Of a stretch of DNA of 64,000 nt, positions 36,915 to 48,789 are shown one piece after another (positions within the stretch are counted from its first letter, which is position 1; the number at the start of each line of letters is the position of its first letter). This stretch comes from Mobula hypostoma. Taxonomy: Eukaryota. The stretch lies in the NCBI RefSeq assembly GCF_963921235.1, contig NC_086097.1, forward strand, positions 176,640,001-176,704,000. Direction: 5' to 3'. A program made the translations under genes and the position numbers. The notes under the pieces were generated by a model that saw only the letters and a program-made list of their open reading frames with translations, searched no databases and was not told the DNA's origin.

Positions 36915-39900
36915 CACAGAACATAGAACATAGACATCTGCAGTACATCACAGACCCTTTGGCCCACAATGTTGTGCCGACCATGTAACCTACTCTAGAA
37001 AATGCCTACAAATACCCTAGCACATAGCCCTCTATCTTTCAAAACTCCATGTACCTATCTAAGAGTCTGTTGTATCCGCCTCCACCACCATTGCAGGTAG
37101 TGCATTCCATGCACCCACCACTCTCTGTCTGAAAAATTTACCTGTGACATCCCTCTTGCACCTTAAAACTGTGCCCTCTCATGCTAGCCATTTCAGCCCT
37201 GGGAAAAAGCCTCTGACTATCCACATGATCAATGCCTCCCATCATGTTATACACCTCTATCAAGTCACCTCTCATCCTCCGAGGAGAAAAGGCCAAGTTC
37301 ACTCAATCTATTCTCATAAAGCATGCTCTCCAATCCAGACACCATCTTTGTAAATCTTCTCTGCACTCTCTTCATAGTATCCTCATTCATCCTGTAGTGA
37401 AGTGACCAAATATGAACACAGTACTCCAAGTGGGGTCTAACCAAGGTCTTATATAACTGTTAACTTTTGAACTCAATCCCACGGTTGATGAAAGCCTACA
37501 CACAATACGCCTTCTTAACAACACTGTCAACCTGTACAGCAGCTTTGAATGCCCTATGGACCTGGATCCAAGATCTCTCTGATCCTCCACACCGTCAAGA
37601 GTCTTATCATTTAATCTTATATTCTGCCTTCAAATTTCATCTTCCAAAATGAACCACATCTCACTTCTTTAGGTTGAAATCCATCTGCCACTTCTCAGCC
37701 CAGTTCTGCATCCTATCGATGTCCCGCTGTAACCTCTGACACGCCTCCAGACTATCCACAACACCCCCAACCTTTGTGTCACCAGCAAACTTACTAACCC
37801 ACCCTTCTACTTCATCCAGGTCATTTATGAAAATCACAAAGGGGAGGGATCCCAGAACAGATCCCAGCAGAACACCACTGGTCACCGACCTCCATGCAGA
37901 ATACAAACCATCTACAACCACCTTTTGCCTTCTGTGGGCAAGCCAATTCTGAATCCACAAAGCAAGGTCTCCTTGGATCCAATGCCTCCTTACTTTCTGA
38001 ATGAGCTTTGCATGGGGAACTATGCTTTACTGAAATCCATATACTCTATATCCACTTCTCTACCTTCATCAATATGTTTTGTTACATCCTCAAAGAATTC
38101 AATCAGGCTTGAAAAGCATGACCTGCCCTTGACAAAGCCATGCTGACAATCCCTAATCAGGTTATGTCTTTCCAACTGCTCATAAATCCTGCCTCTCAGG
38201 ATCATCTCCAACAACTTTCTCACCACTGAAGTAAGACTCACTGGTCTATAATTTCTTGGGTTATCCCTACTCCCTTTCTTGAACAAGGGAACAGCATTTG
38301 CAACCCTCCAATCCTCCGGTACTTCTCCCATCCGTATTGATAATGCAAGGATCATCACCAGAGGCTAGGCAATCTCCTCCCTCACTTCCCACAGTAGCAT
38401 GAGGTATATCTCGTCTGGACCCAGCAACTTATCTAACTTTAATGCTTTTCAAAAGCTCCGGCACACCCTCTTTCTTAATGTCTATACACTCAAGCATTTC
38501 AGTCTGCTGTAAGTCATTCTCACGATCACCAAGGTCCTTTTGCCTGGTGAATACTGAAGCAAAAGTGTTCATTAAGTAGCTCCTCTACCTCCTCCAGCTC
38601 CACGCACACGATTCCACTCTCACTCCTGATTGGTCCTGTTCTCACACGGCTGCTCTTGCTCTTCCCATACTTGTAGAATGCCTTGGTGTTTTCTTTAATC
38701 CTGCTCACCAAGGGCTTTTCTTGGCCCCTTCTAGCTCTCCTAATTTTATTCTTGAACTCCTTCCTGGCACCCTTGTAGTCTCCTAGAACTCTAACAGTAC
38801 CTAGTTCCTTCAACCTTCCGTAAGCTTTTCAGAATCAGAATCAGGTTTATTATCACTGGCATGTATTGTGAAATTTGTAAGCTTAGCAGCAGTAGTTCAA
38901 TACAATACATAATGTAGAGGAAGAAAAAATATTAAAATAATATTAATAAAAATTAATTAATTGATCAATTGCAGCATACATTTATTGAATAGATTAAAAA
39001 TTATGCAAAAAAAAGAAATATTATATGTAATTTAAAAAGTGAGGTAGTGTCCACGGATTCAATGTCCATTTAGGAATCGGATGTCAGAGGGGAAGAAGCT
39101 GTTCCTGAATCACTGAGTGTGAGCCTTCAGGCTTCTGTACCTCCTACCTGATGGTAACAGTGAGAAAAGGGCATGTCCTGGGTGATGAGGGTCCTTAATA
39201 ATGGACGCTGCCTTTCTGAGACACTGCTCCTTGAAGGTGTCCTGGGTACTTTGTAGGCTAGTGCCCAAGATGGAGCCGACTAAATTTACAACCTTCTGCA
39301 GCTTATTTTGGCCTTCTCCAGTAGCCCTCCCCCCCCCCCCATACCAGACAGTGATGCAGCCTGTCAGAATGCTCTCCACGGTACATCTATAGAAGTTTCT
39401 GAGTGTATTTGTTGACATACCAAATCTTTTCAAATTCCTAATAAAGTATAGCCACTGTCTTGCCTTCTTTACAACTGCATCGATATGTTGGGACCAGGTT
39501 AGATCCCCAGAGATCTTGACACCCAGGAACTTCAAACTACTCACTCTCTCCACTTCTGGTCCCTCTATGAGGATTGGTATGTGCTCCTTTGTCTTACCCT
39601 TCCTGAAGTCCACAATCAGCTCTTTTGTCTTACTGAAATTGAGTGCCAGGTTGTTGCTGCGACACCACTCCACTAGTTGGTATATCTCGCTCCTGTACGC
39701 TCTCTCATCTACATCTGAGATTCTACCAAAAATGGTTGTATCATCAGCAAATTTATAGATGGTATTTGAGCTATGCCTAGCTACACAGTCATAGGCATAG
39801 AGAGAGTAGAGCAGTGGGCTAAGCACATGCCCTTGAAGTGCTCCAGTGTTGACTGTTAGCGAGGAGGAGATGTTCTCACCAATCCGCATAGATTGTGGTC

Positions 39901-40722
39901 TTCTGATTAGGAAGTCGAGGATCCAATTGCAGAGGGGGGTACTGAGGCCCAGGTTCTGTAACTTCTCAATCAGGACTGTGGGAATGATGGTATTAAATGC
40001 TGAGCTATAGTAAATGAAGGCCTTGAGAAGAGCCATTGAAATTCCATCTGTCATTGCCCTATTGTGGTGATCGGCAAATTGCAATGGGTCCAGGTCCTTG
40101 CTGAGGCAGGAGTTCAGTCTAGTCATGACCAGCCTCTCAAAGCATTTCATCACTGTCGATGTGAGTGCTACCGGGCGATAGTCATTAAGACAGCTCACAG
40201 TACTTTTCTTCTTTGCTTTTCTTTTCTTCTTAACTAGATTTTCTACATACCTTGTACACAATGGTTCTTTAACCCTACCATTCTTTCCCTGTCTCAATGG
40301 AACATACCTATGCAGAACTCCATGCAAACTTTCCCTGAACCCTTGCCACATTTTTGCTATGCATTTCCCTGAGAACATCAGCACCCAATTTATGCTCCCA
40401 AGTTCCTGCCCCTACACCAATTAAATGTTTTCCTAAATTGTCTGCTCCCATCTCTCTCCAGTGCTGTGGTAAAGGAGATAGAGTTGTGATCACTACACCC
40501 AAATGCTCTCCCACCGAGAGATCCAACACCTGACCAGGTTCATTTCCAAATACCAGATCAAGTACAGCCTCTCCCCTAGTTGGCTTATTTATATATTGTG
40601 TCAGGAAACCTTCCTGAACAGACCTAACAAACTCCACCCCATCTAAACCCCTTGCTCTAAGGAGATTCTAGTCGATATTAGGAAAGTTAAAATCACCCAT
40701 CAAACAACCCTATTATTATTGC
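36915..40722 (-). mobile_element. CR1 ORF2 (endonuclease end to 3' tail) split by a Rex1 insertion
   Basis: ORFs 40308..40637 (PTRGEAVLDLVF), 38020..38358 (NYRPVSLTSVV..QHGFVKGRSC..DFSKA), 37661..37960 (GSVLG..KFAGDTK); (acataga)n tail at ~36920. Confidence 0.9.
38831..40205 (-). mobile_element. 5'-truncated Rex1/Babar-type LINE with well-preserved RT frame
   Basis: [22 protein letters not shown]...SSAFNTI...LSPLLYSLY...KFADDTT...[19 protein letters not shown]; (agaatc)n tail; gcttttc on both flanks as probable TSD. Confidence 0.92.
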
Positions 40723-40734
40723 AGGGTTATTATT

Positions 40735-41211
40735 AAGGAGTCATGCACTGTCTTTGAGATTTAACCATATACTCACCACACATATGACAGAAAGTATGTG
40801 GCTGTTGTAACATTAGCGAGACATTTTACTATTACAAATACTCCTGAAAATGTAATTACTTTATAATAATGGCTACATACAATATGCTATGCGTGTAGAG
40901 CATGTGCATCAACGTAATCACAAACCGATATAAATGTAAACACAATACAAAGAACAGTGTGTGCATGATGCTTTAAAAGGCTTTCTGAAACCTGTCCTGC
41001 CATGCAACATCTGCTCTGCCTAAGCATGCTGGATGAGATAGAAAACTTTCAGCTTGCATTGTTGGCAACATTTCAATTGACTTGAAAATATAAGTGATTA
41101 CAAAAATGTGGTGCATGATAGGAAAATTTCATGGTGATTTTCATGATCAGTAGCCCAAAATACATAAGGTGCACCCAAAAGTATTCAGGAAGCAAAATCT
41201 TTGTTGTCCAA
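40735..41211 (-). mobile_element. Chapaev3-like (CMC) DNA transposon left end with start of transposase
   Basis: Minus strand: terminus ttggacaacaaagattttgcttcctg at 41211; ATG at 40824 gives MSR*CYNSH then, after a frameshift, TFCHMCGEYMVKSQRQ, resembling the FCYICGEY N-terminus of Chapaev3 transposases. Confidence 0.6.
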
Positions 41212-41363
41212 TATAATAAATATACTTTGAACTTCGTTGCTGTACTGTAACATTCTATGTCCTTTTTGCCCCACAGATGGTGCCTAACCCATTGAGTTAC
41301 TCCAAAAGATTGCTACTCCAGATTTCAGCATCTGCAGTCCCTTGTGCTCCAACGTCTGATGAA

Positions 41364-41659
41364 CTGTCTCTGGTCTGTCTCCAGTCTGTCTCTGGTCTGT
41401 CTTCAGTTTGTCTCCAGTCTGTCTTTTGTACGTATTAATTCTCTCTCCAATCTCTGGACTATCTAGGGTCTGTGTGCAGTCTGTCTCTGGTCTGTTGGTA
41501 ATGTGTCTCCAATCTATCTCCGATCCCTCTCCTGTCTATCTGCAGTCTGTCACCAGTCTATCTCTGATCCCTCTCTGGCCTGTCTGCAGTCTGTCTCCAA
41601 CCTATCTCTGATCTCCCTCCAGTCTGTCTTCAGTCTGTCTGCAGTCTGTCTCCAGTCTG
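41364..41659. repeat. Degenerate 11-bp minisatellite (GTCTGTCTCCA/GTCTGTCTCTG)n
   Basis: Directly visible tandem periodicity. Confidence 0.9.
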
Positions 41660-43394
41660 ATGGCTGTGATATTCTTGAGACATCATCTCCTGTAGATGCT
41701 ACCAGTGGTGGGAAGGGATGTGCCCACGATGTATGGGGCAGGGTCCACTCCTCTCTGCAGCTTCTTACGTTCCTGTGCATTTGAATTGTGTACAGTAATG
41801 GATGGTAAATGGAAACATGGTTCGCAAAATGGCTCTGATTATGAGGATTCATTAACAACTCCTCCTTCATTTTCTCTGATATTGGCTTGCGCTTAATTCT
41901 GCTGCCAACTCTGCTGTCACTGAGAATTTTATAGCATAAGTCAGATAACAAGATTAAGTCTTTATTCAGAGAGTCCTGTCAGTGTTAACTTCCCAAATCC
42001 TGACATCTTAGCTAAAAAAAAATTTGGATGCCAGACACTGTTAATAGTTTCCACCAAATAAGCTGTTACTGAATTATTTATAGATAATTGCAATCATGGA
42101 TTTTCATTTCATTTAACTTCTCTAGAGTTTATTTGATATGAAAAGCTCCAGTACTAGAGAGCATTATTTAAAATAAGAGGGGGAAGGACAACGGAGATGT
42201 GCAGGGCAAGTTTATTTTTAACAACTGAGTGGTGGGTGCATGGAATGTGCTACCATGGGAGTGCCAGAGGCAGACAGCAGAGGAGCATTTGAGAGATTCC
42301 TAGACTGTCCCCTGTAGAGCAGGGAGGGATGTCGTCAATGTACAGGTAAGAGGGAGTAGATTAATTAGGAGTCATTATTTATTTTGGCACAATATCATGG
42401 GCCAAAGGGCCTCTCCTGTGCTGTACTGTTCGATATTCTAGACAAATTATTTGATAAATATTCTTGAACTTATCTTTCATATGTGCACCTTATTGTCTAC
42501 CTGCACTATACTTTTGTCTGTCACATAGAACGTGGTAGAGATCAGCGTAGTACAGGCTTTTCAGCCCATGATGTTGTGCTGAACCTTTAACCTACTCCAA
42601 GATCAGCCTAACCCTTCCCTTCCTCATAGCCCTCCATTTCTCTCATCCATGTGCTTATCTAAGAAAGTTAGACTAACTATAGGACTTCAATTTGCACTCT
42701 ATTATTGTTTTCTCTTGCACTAACTCAAGGTATTTTGTAATGTGATCTGTATGGACTATATGCAAGACAAGCTTCTCACTGTACCTTGGACAATGTGACA
42801 ATAATAAACCAATGTACCAATTCACCAATTTACCATCCCTTTAATGGTGAGTTGCTGGTTAAGCCACTGTGCTGTGATGATTCTCCCTTAATATTTGGAG
42901 GGAGTTCCGGGATTTAGACCCAGTGAGAAAGGAAGAATTGTGATGTATTCCAACACAGAATGAAATATACTCCAATAAGAAACTCACCATCCAGGATATG
43001 CCCTCTTAGGAGCCTGAAGTTGCACTCTAATTGTTTTGGAATCTGCTTCTTCCCCTCTATCATCAGATATCTGTATGGTTCATGAACCCATCAACATTGC
43101 CACCTTCATTGCTCTCTTCTAGTAATATCTATTGATTTATTTTTATGTTATTTGTTGTAACCTACAGTCATATTTTGTGTATCTCACTGGCTACCACAAA
43201 ACAGCAAATTTCATGGCCTATATTAGTAAACCTGATTTTGATTCCGAATATCTAGGTTTTCTAAAGTTATCTTAGATTCCTCCTCCTACATCATGTTAGG
43301 TTGCTGGTACATAATGGACTGTAAATTTTGTTCAACACACATCAAGGTTGCTGGTGAACACAGCAGGCCAGGCAGCATCTATAGGAAGAGGTAC

Positions 43395-43430
43395 AGGTGA
43401 CGTTTCGGGCCGAGACCCTTCGTCAGGACT
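43395..43430 (-). ncRNA. Minimal hammerhead motif in the 3' repeat (helix I mutated)
   Basis: AGUC CUGACGA AGGGUCUCGGCCC GAAA CGUC ACCU: core intact, 3' strand of helix I ACCU instead of GACU. Confidence 0.6.
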
Positions 43431-43717
43431 AACTGAAGGAAGAGTTAGTAAGAGATTTGAAAGTTGGAGGGGGAGGGGGAGATCCGAAATGATAGGAGAA
43501 GACAGGAGGGGGAGGGATGGAGCCAAGAGCTGGACAGATGATTGGCAAAAGGGATATGAGAGGATCATGGGACAGGAGGCCCGGGGAGAAAGAAAGGGGG
43601 AGGGGGGAAAAACCCAGAGGATGGGCAAGGGGTATAGTGAGAGGAACAGAGGGAGAAAAAGAATGTGTGTATATTAATAAATAAATAACGGATGGGGTAA
43701 CAGGGGGAGGTTGGGCA

Positions 43718-46700
43718 TTAGCGGAAGTTAGAGAAGTCAATGTTCATGCTATCAGGTTGGAGGCTACCCAGATGGAATATAAGGTGCTGTTCCTCCAACC
43801 TGAGTGTGGCTTCATCTTTACAGTAGAGGAGGCCGTGGATAGACATGTCAGAATGGGAATGGGACGTGGAATTAAAATGTGTAGCCACTGGGAGATCCTG
43901 CTTTCTCTGGTGGACAGAGCGTGGGTGTTCAGCGAAACGATCTCCCAGTCTGCGTCGGGTCTCGCCAATATATAGAAGGCCGCATCAGGAGCACCGGACG
44001 CAGTATATCACCCCAGTCGACTCACAGGTGAAGTGTCGCCTCACCTGGAAGGACTGTCTGGGGCCCTGAATGGTGGTGAGGGAGGAGGTGTAAGGGCATG
44101 TGTAGCACTTGTTCCGCTTACAAGGATAAGTGCCAGGAGGGAGATCAGTGGGGAGGGATGGGGGGAATGAATGGACAAGGGAGTCACGTAGGGAGCGATC
44201 CCTGCGGAAAGCCGGGGGGGGGGGTGGGTATGGAAAGATGTGCTTAGTGGTGGGATCCCATTGGAGGTGTCGGAAGTTACGGAGAATTATATGTTGGACC
44301 AGGAGGCTGGTGGGGTGGTAGGTGAGGACCAGGGGAATCCTATTCCTAGTGGGGTGGCGGGAGGATGGAGTGAGAGCAGATGTGCGTGAAATGGGGGAGA
44401 TGCATTTGAGAGCAGAGTTGATGGTGGAGGAAGGGAAGCCCCTTTCTTTAAAAAAGGAGGACATCTCCTTCGTCCTGGAATGAAAAGCCTCATCCTGAGA
44501 GCAGATGCGGCGGAGACGGAGGAATTGCAAGAAGGGGATGGCATTTTTGAAAGAGACAAAGTGAGAAGTGGAATAGTCCAGATAGCTGTGAGAGTCAGTA
44601 GGCTTATAGTAGACATCAGTAGATAAGCTGTCTCCAGAGATAGAGACAGAAAGATCTAGAAAGGGGAGGGAGTTGTCAGAAATGGACCAGGTAAACTTGA
44701 GGGCAGGGTGAAAGTTGGAGGCAAAGTTAATGAAGTCAACGAGCTCAGCATGCGTGCAGGAAGCAGCACCAATGCAGTCGAAAATGTAGCGAAGGAAACG
44801 TGGGGGACAGATACCAGAATAGGTATGGAACATAGATTGTTCCACAAAGCCAACAAAAAGGCAGGCATAGCTGGGACCCATACGGGTGCCCATAGCTACA
44901 CCTTTAGTTTGGAGGAAGTGGGAGGAGCCAAAGGAGAAATTATTAAGAGTAAGGACTAATTCCACTAGACGGAGCAGAGGGGTGGTAGAGGGGAACTGGT
45001 TAGGTCTGGAATTCAAAAAGAAGCGGAGAGCTTTGAGATTTTCCTGATGGGGGATGGAAGTATACAGGGACTGGACATCCATGGTGAAAATAAAGCGGTG
45101 GAGGCCAGGGAACTTAAAATCATCGAAAAGTTTAAGAGCGTGAGAAGTGTCATGAACATAGGTAGGAAGGGATTGAACAAGGGGTGATACAACCGTGTCG
45201 AGGTATGCAGAAACGAGTTCGGTGGGGCAGGAGCAAGCTGAGACAATAGGTCTGCCAGGACAGGCAGGTTTGTGGATCTTGGGTAGGAGGTAGAAACGGG
45301 AAGTGCGGGGTGTGGGAACTATAAGGTTGGTAGCAGTGGACGGGAGATCCCCTGAGCGGATAAAGTCGGTGATGGTGTGGGAGACAATGGCCTGGTGCTC
45401 CTTAGTGGGGTCATGGTCGAGGGGTAAATAAGAGGAGGTATCCTGGAGTTGTCGCTATGTCTCGGCAAGGTAGAGGTCAGTGCGCCAGACTACAACAGCA
45501 CCGCTCTTATCGGCGGGTTTAATAGTAAGGTTAGGATTCGTGCGGAGGGAGTGGAGAGCAGAGCGTTCGGAAGGAATGAGGTTGGAATGGGGACAAGGTG
45601 CGGTGAAGTCGAGACGGTTGATGTCCCGTCGGCAGTTAGCAATGAAGAGATCCAGAGCAGGCCAAAGACCAGAGCGGGGTGTCCATGAAGAGGAGGAGGG
45701 TTGAATATGGGAGAAGGGGTCATCGATGGGGGTGGGAGAGTCCTTGCCGAAGAAGTAGGCTCGGAGACGGAGATGGCGGAAGAAGAGTTATGCGTCATGG
45801 CGAACGTGGAACTCGCTGAGGTGTGGGCGAAGGGGGACAAAGGTGAGGCCCTTACTGAGGACAGAGCATTCTGCCTCCGACAGTTGAAGGTCAGAGGGGA
45901 TGGTAAAGACCCAGCATGAATGAGAAATGGGATCAGAGGGGGGAGGGGGGAGGCTGGTGGTGTCAATGGAGAGGGAAAGGTTGGGGTGAGAGGACGATGG
46001 AGCCTCTGAGGGCCCAGAAGTAGCTGATGGAATGTGAGGGAGACAGGGTTGCAGAGTGGTGGTGGGGGAAGGGGAGACGGGAGTTACAATAGCAGCACAT
46101 AAAGACCCGGCCTGGAGTTCAAGGCTGGAGTCGCAGTTGGTGGTTGCGCAATCACTTCGAATGTGTCCATGGTCGTTGCTGGAGTCCGGGTTTTGAATAT
46201 GCCCTGAGGTGTTGGAGCCGGCCAGATCAACGGCAGGGGCCGCAATGTGAAGTTCATGCCTGCTAGTTTCAGGGCCAGCAGGCTCTGGGGTCTGCAGATG
46301 GAAGATCTTGCAGTCCTTGCCTAACATGACAAAGTCAAAAAAACAGCAATTACAAGCATGGATCCGACGGAGGATGAAATAACGGGCGGGTTCATTAAAG
46401 ATGGCGAAGAAAGTGTCCCGAAGGTGTGGAAGGGTCTGGGATAGGGACACCAAGTACCTCCTCATGGCGGAGAGAGTCGCCTTCAGAGCTTGATGGGAGA
46501 AGCGACGAGAGGCAGAGTCAATAAAATGTGAGTACCTGGGATCCTCAGAAGGTCCAAATTGAGAGGCTCGAAAATGAATCCTGAAGCCAACTGGAGTAAG
46601 TTGGCGGCGGAGGCACGTTCCAAGAAGGGATATATGGCTGTGATAGCGAGTCTGAGTCAAAGTGTGGTCGAAAAGTTGAAGAGCCGAAGAAATTATAGAT

Positions 46701-46771
46701 GGGGAGCAGTGAGAGATGATTTCACTGAACTCCCGTCAAAGAGAGGATCTAAACTTCTTCAGGGTAGGCAT
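43718..46771 (-). pseudogene. Penelope polyprotein pseudogene (N-terminal domain, RT, GIY-YIG)
   Basis: ATG 46771 MPTLKKFRSSL*REF...; MDVQSLYTSIPH, QTKGVAMGTRMGPSYACLF, FLRYIFDC (catalytic YIDD mutated), VYYKPTD, GVIYCVRCS..LLYIGET; TAA at 43718-43720; several stops and frameshifts. Confidence 0.9.
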
Positions 46772-46907
46772 CACTGGAAGAGGCTTCGCAGTAGTGAATT
46801 TAAAAACGTAAACACGAGGAAATCTGCAGAAGCTGGAATTTCAAGCAACACACATAAAAGTTGCTGGTGAACGCAGCAGGCCAGGCAGCATCTCTAGGAA
46901 GAGGTAC

Positions 46908-46943
46908 AGTCGACGTTTCGGGCCGAGACCCTTCGTCAGGACT
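46908..46943 (-). ncRNA. Minimal type I hammerhead ribozyme motif in the 5' repeat
   Basis: AGUC CUGACGA A GGG UCUCGG CCC GAAA CG UC GACU: perfect core, helix I and helix II; helix III reduced to palindromic ACGU. Confidence 0.8.
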
Positions 46944-47144
46944 AGCTGAAGGAAGAGCTAGTAAGAGATTTGAAAGTGGGAGAGGGAGGGGGAGATCCAA
47001 AATGATAGGAGAAGACAGGAGGGGGAGGGATGGAGCCAAGAACTGGACAGGTGATTGGCAAAAGGGATATGAGAGGATTTTGCTTCAGTGTTTTTTTAAT
47101 GGCTACATTCGAATTTTTTTTGATTCCATTCCTATTTCAATTGG

Positions 47145-47660
47145 AGCATAGAACATCAAACATGGAACATAGAATAATATATCACAGTATATGCCCTTCT
47201 GCTCATGATGTTGTGCTAACTTTTAACCTACTCTATGATCAATCTAACTCTTCTCTCCCACATAGCTCATAACCCTCCATTTTCTTACGACCATGTGCAT
47301 ATCTAAGACTCTTTTAAATGTTACCTATTGATCCAGCTTCTAACACCACCCCTAGCAGTACATTCCAAGCACTGAAAAAACCTACCTCTGACATCTCCAC
47401 TCTATCTATGCCTCTCATAACTTTATACACTTCTATCAATTCACCACTCATCCTGCTTCACTCCAACAAGTAAAGCCCTAACTCTCTCAAACTTATCTCA
47501 GAAGACCTACTCTCTAATCCAGGCAGCATCCTGGCAATCTCCTTTGCACATTCTTTAAAGCTTCAGCATCCTTCCTATAATAAGGCAACCAGTACTACAT
47601 ACAACACCCCAAGTGTGGTCTAACCTGAGTTTTACGAGCTAGTTTATAGTTTTATAGAGC
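47145..47660 (-). mobile_element. CR1 3' fragment
   Basis: (acataga)-type tail at 47147-47172; reverse of LVRPHL-coding ccaagtgtggtctaacc at ~47610. Confidence 0.75.
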
Positions 47661-48789
47661 AGAGTGTTCCATGGGCATGTAACATCGTGTCAAGACAAAT
47701 ACCTTTCTCTCATTGTTAGCAAGACAAAAGAGCTAGTCGTTGACTTCAGGAAGCAGGGCAGATGGTGCTGAGGTGTTGATGCCTGAGAGATTGGCATTTT
47801 TCCCAGCTTTCCTTCAGCAGGGAAACCACAGTTGAGCAGAATATTCCAAATGTGCCCTTCCCAACATCTTGCACACTGCAAGAGTGCATCCAAATATGAT
47901 ACTGAATGCCTTGGACCGATTGAGGCCAGAGTTTTAAATGCCTGCCTCTGATGACAATCGAGGAGAGAATAAGGAAGTGGCTTCAAGAGGATCGCTCTAT
48001 CAGGAGATAGCATGGAATTAACATGCCTTAGTTCATTCAGTGCCTTAAGAAACCCAGGGGACTTTAAATCAATATTGTTCCACCAACAGTTACATCACAT
48101 CAGGATTTAGACGCGGTGACAAAGGAGGAATTGTAACCCACATAACACAGACCAGACCAAATGAAGGGTCTCAACCAGAAATGTTGACAGTCCCTTTCCC
48201 TCCAAAGATGCCGCCTGACTCACTGAGCTCCTGATCATTCCCTTTCTGCCTGTTACCTCACCTCACTTTCACCCTCTCACCCAGACTCATGCTCTTCCTC
48301 TTCTCCTTCCCTCTTGGCTTTGCCCTTCTTTCTCTCCAGTCCTGACGAAGGGTCTTGGCCCAAAGCATCAACAGTCTACGCATCTCCCTCCTGTGACCTG
48401 CTGAGTTCCTCAGGTATTTTGAATATTGAAGACAATCAGCCAATAAAAGTTTGTTTATTAGTGAAATGGAGTGAGAGTAACAAAGTGACACTGAGGTAAT
48501 GGATTGGAAATCACCTCATTAGGTGGGAGAGTCAGTTTGAGGGCTATTTATACCCACCTCTCTGATTCCACTTCCTACATTCTTAAATTTCTGAGTAGGG
48601 AGCAGTACCAAAACAAGCAGGAAATAAATGCCAAGAAATACTGCGTGACACAAATGGTAGTGGTGTTGGCTGTGAGTGGGCAGTCAATGCTTGTTACTCT
48701 CAGCTCATCTCTCCAAGGGAAGTGCAAGCAGAGAGAGGGGAAGGAGATCAGAATAAAGAGGAAAACCTATTGGGACTTGGAGATAAAAG

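Larger units (their letters stand above)
43333..47077 (-). mobile_element. Near full-length Penelope-like retroelement with direct terminal repeats (pseudo-LTRs)
   Basis: 43333-43565 is repeated in direct orientation at ~46846-47077; one long disrupted ORF between them with RT and GIY-YIG domains. Confidence 0.93.

Noticed and set aside
39110..40384. 424-aa ORF as a functional gene
   Set aside because: Accidental read-through from a CR1 fragment into a 5'-truncated Rex1 RT at ~40205; the RT has an internal deletion and lacks an endonuclease
40777..40843. Apparent minus-strand exon with ttttcag and gtgagta sites
   Set aside because: The gtgagt is the GGT GAG TAT (GEY) coding sequence of the Chapaev3-like transposase remnant
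41408..41951. Overlapping ORFs rich in S/L/V/Q or D/R/T
   Set aside because: Artefacts of the 11-bp minisatellite
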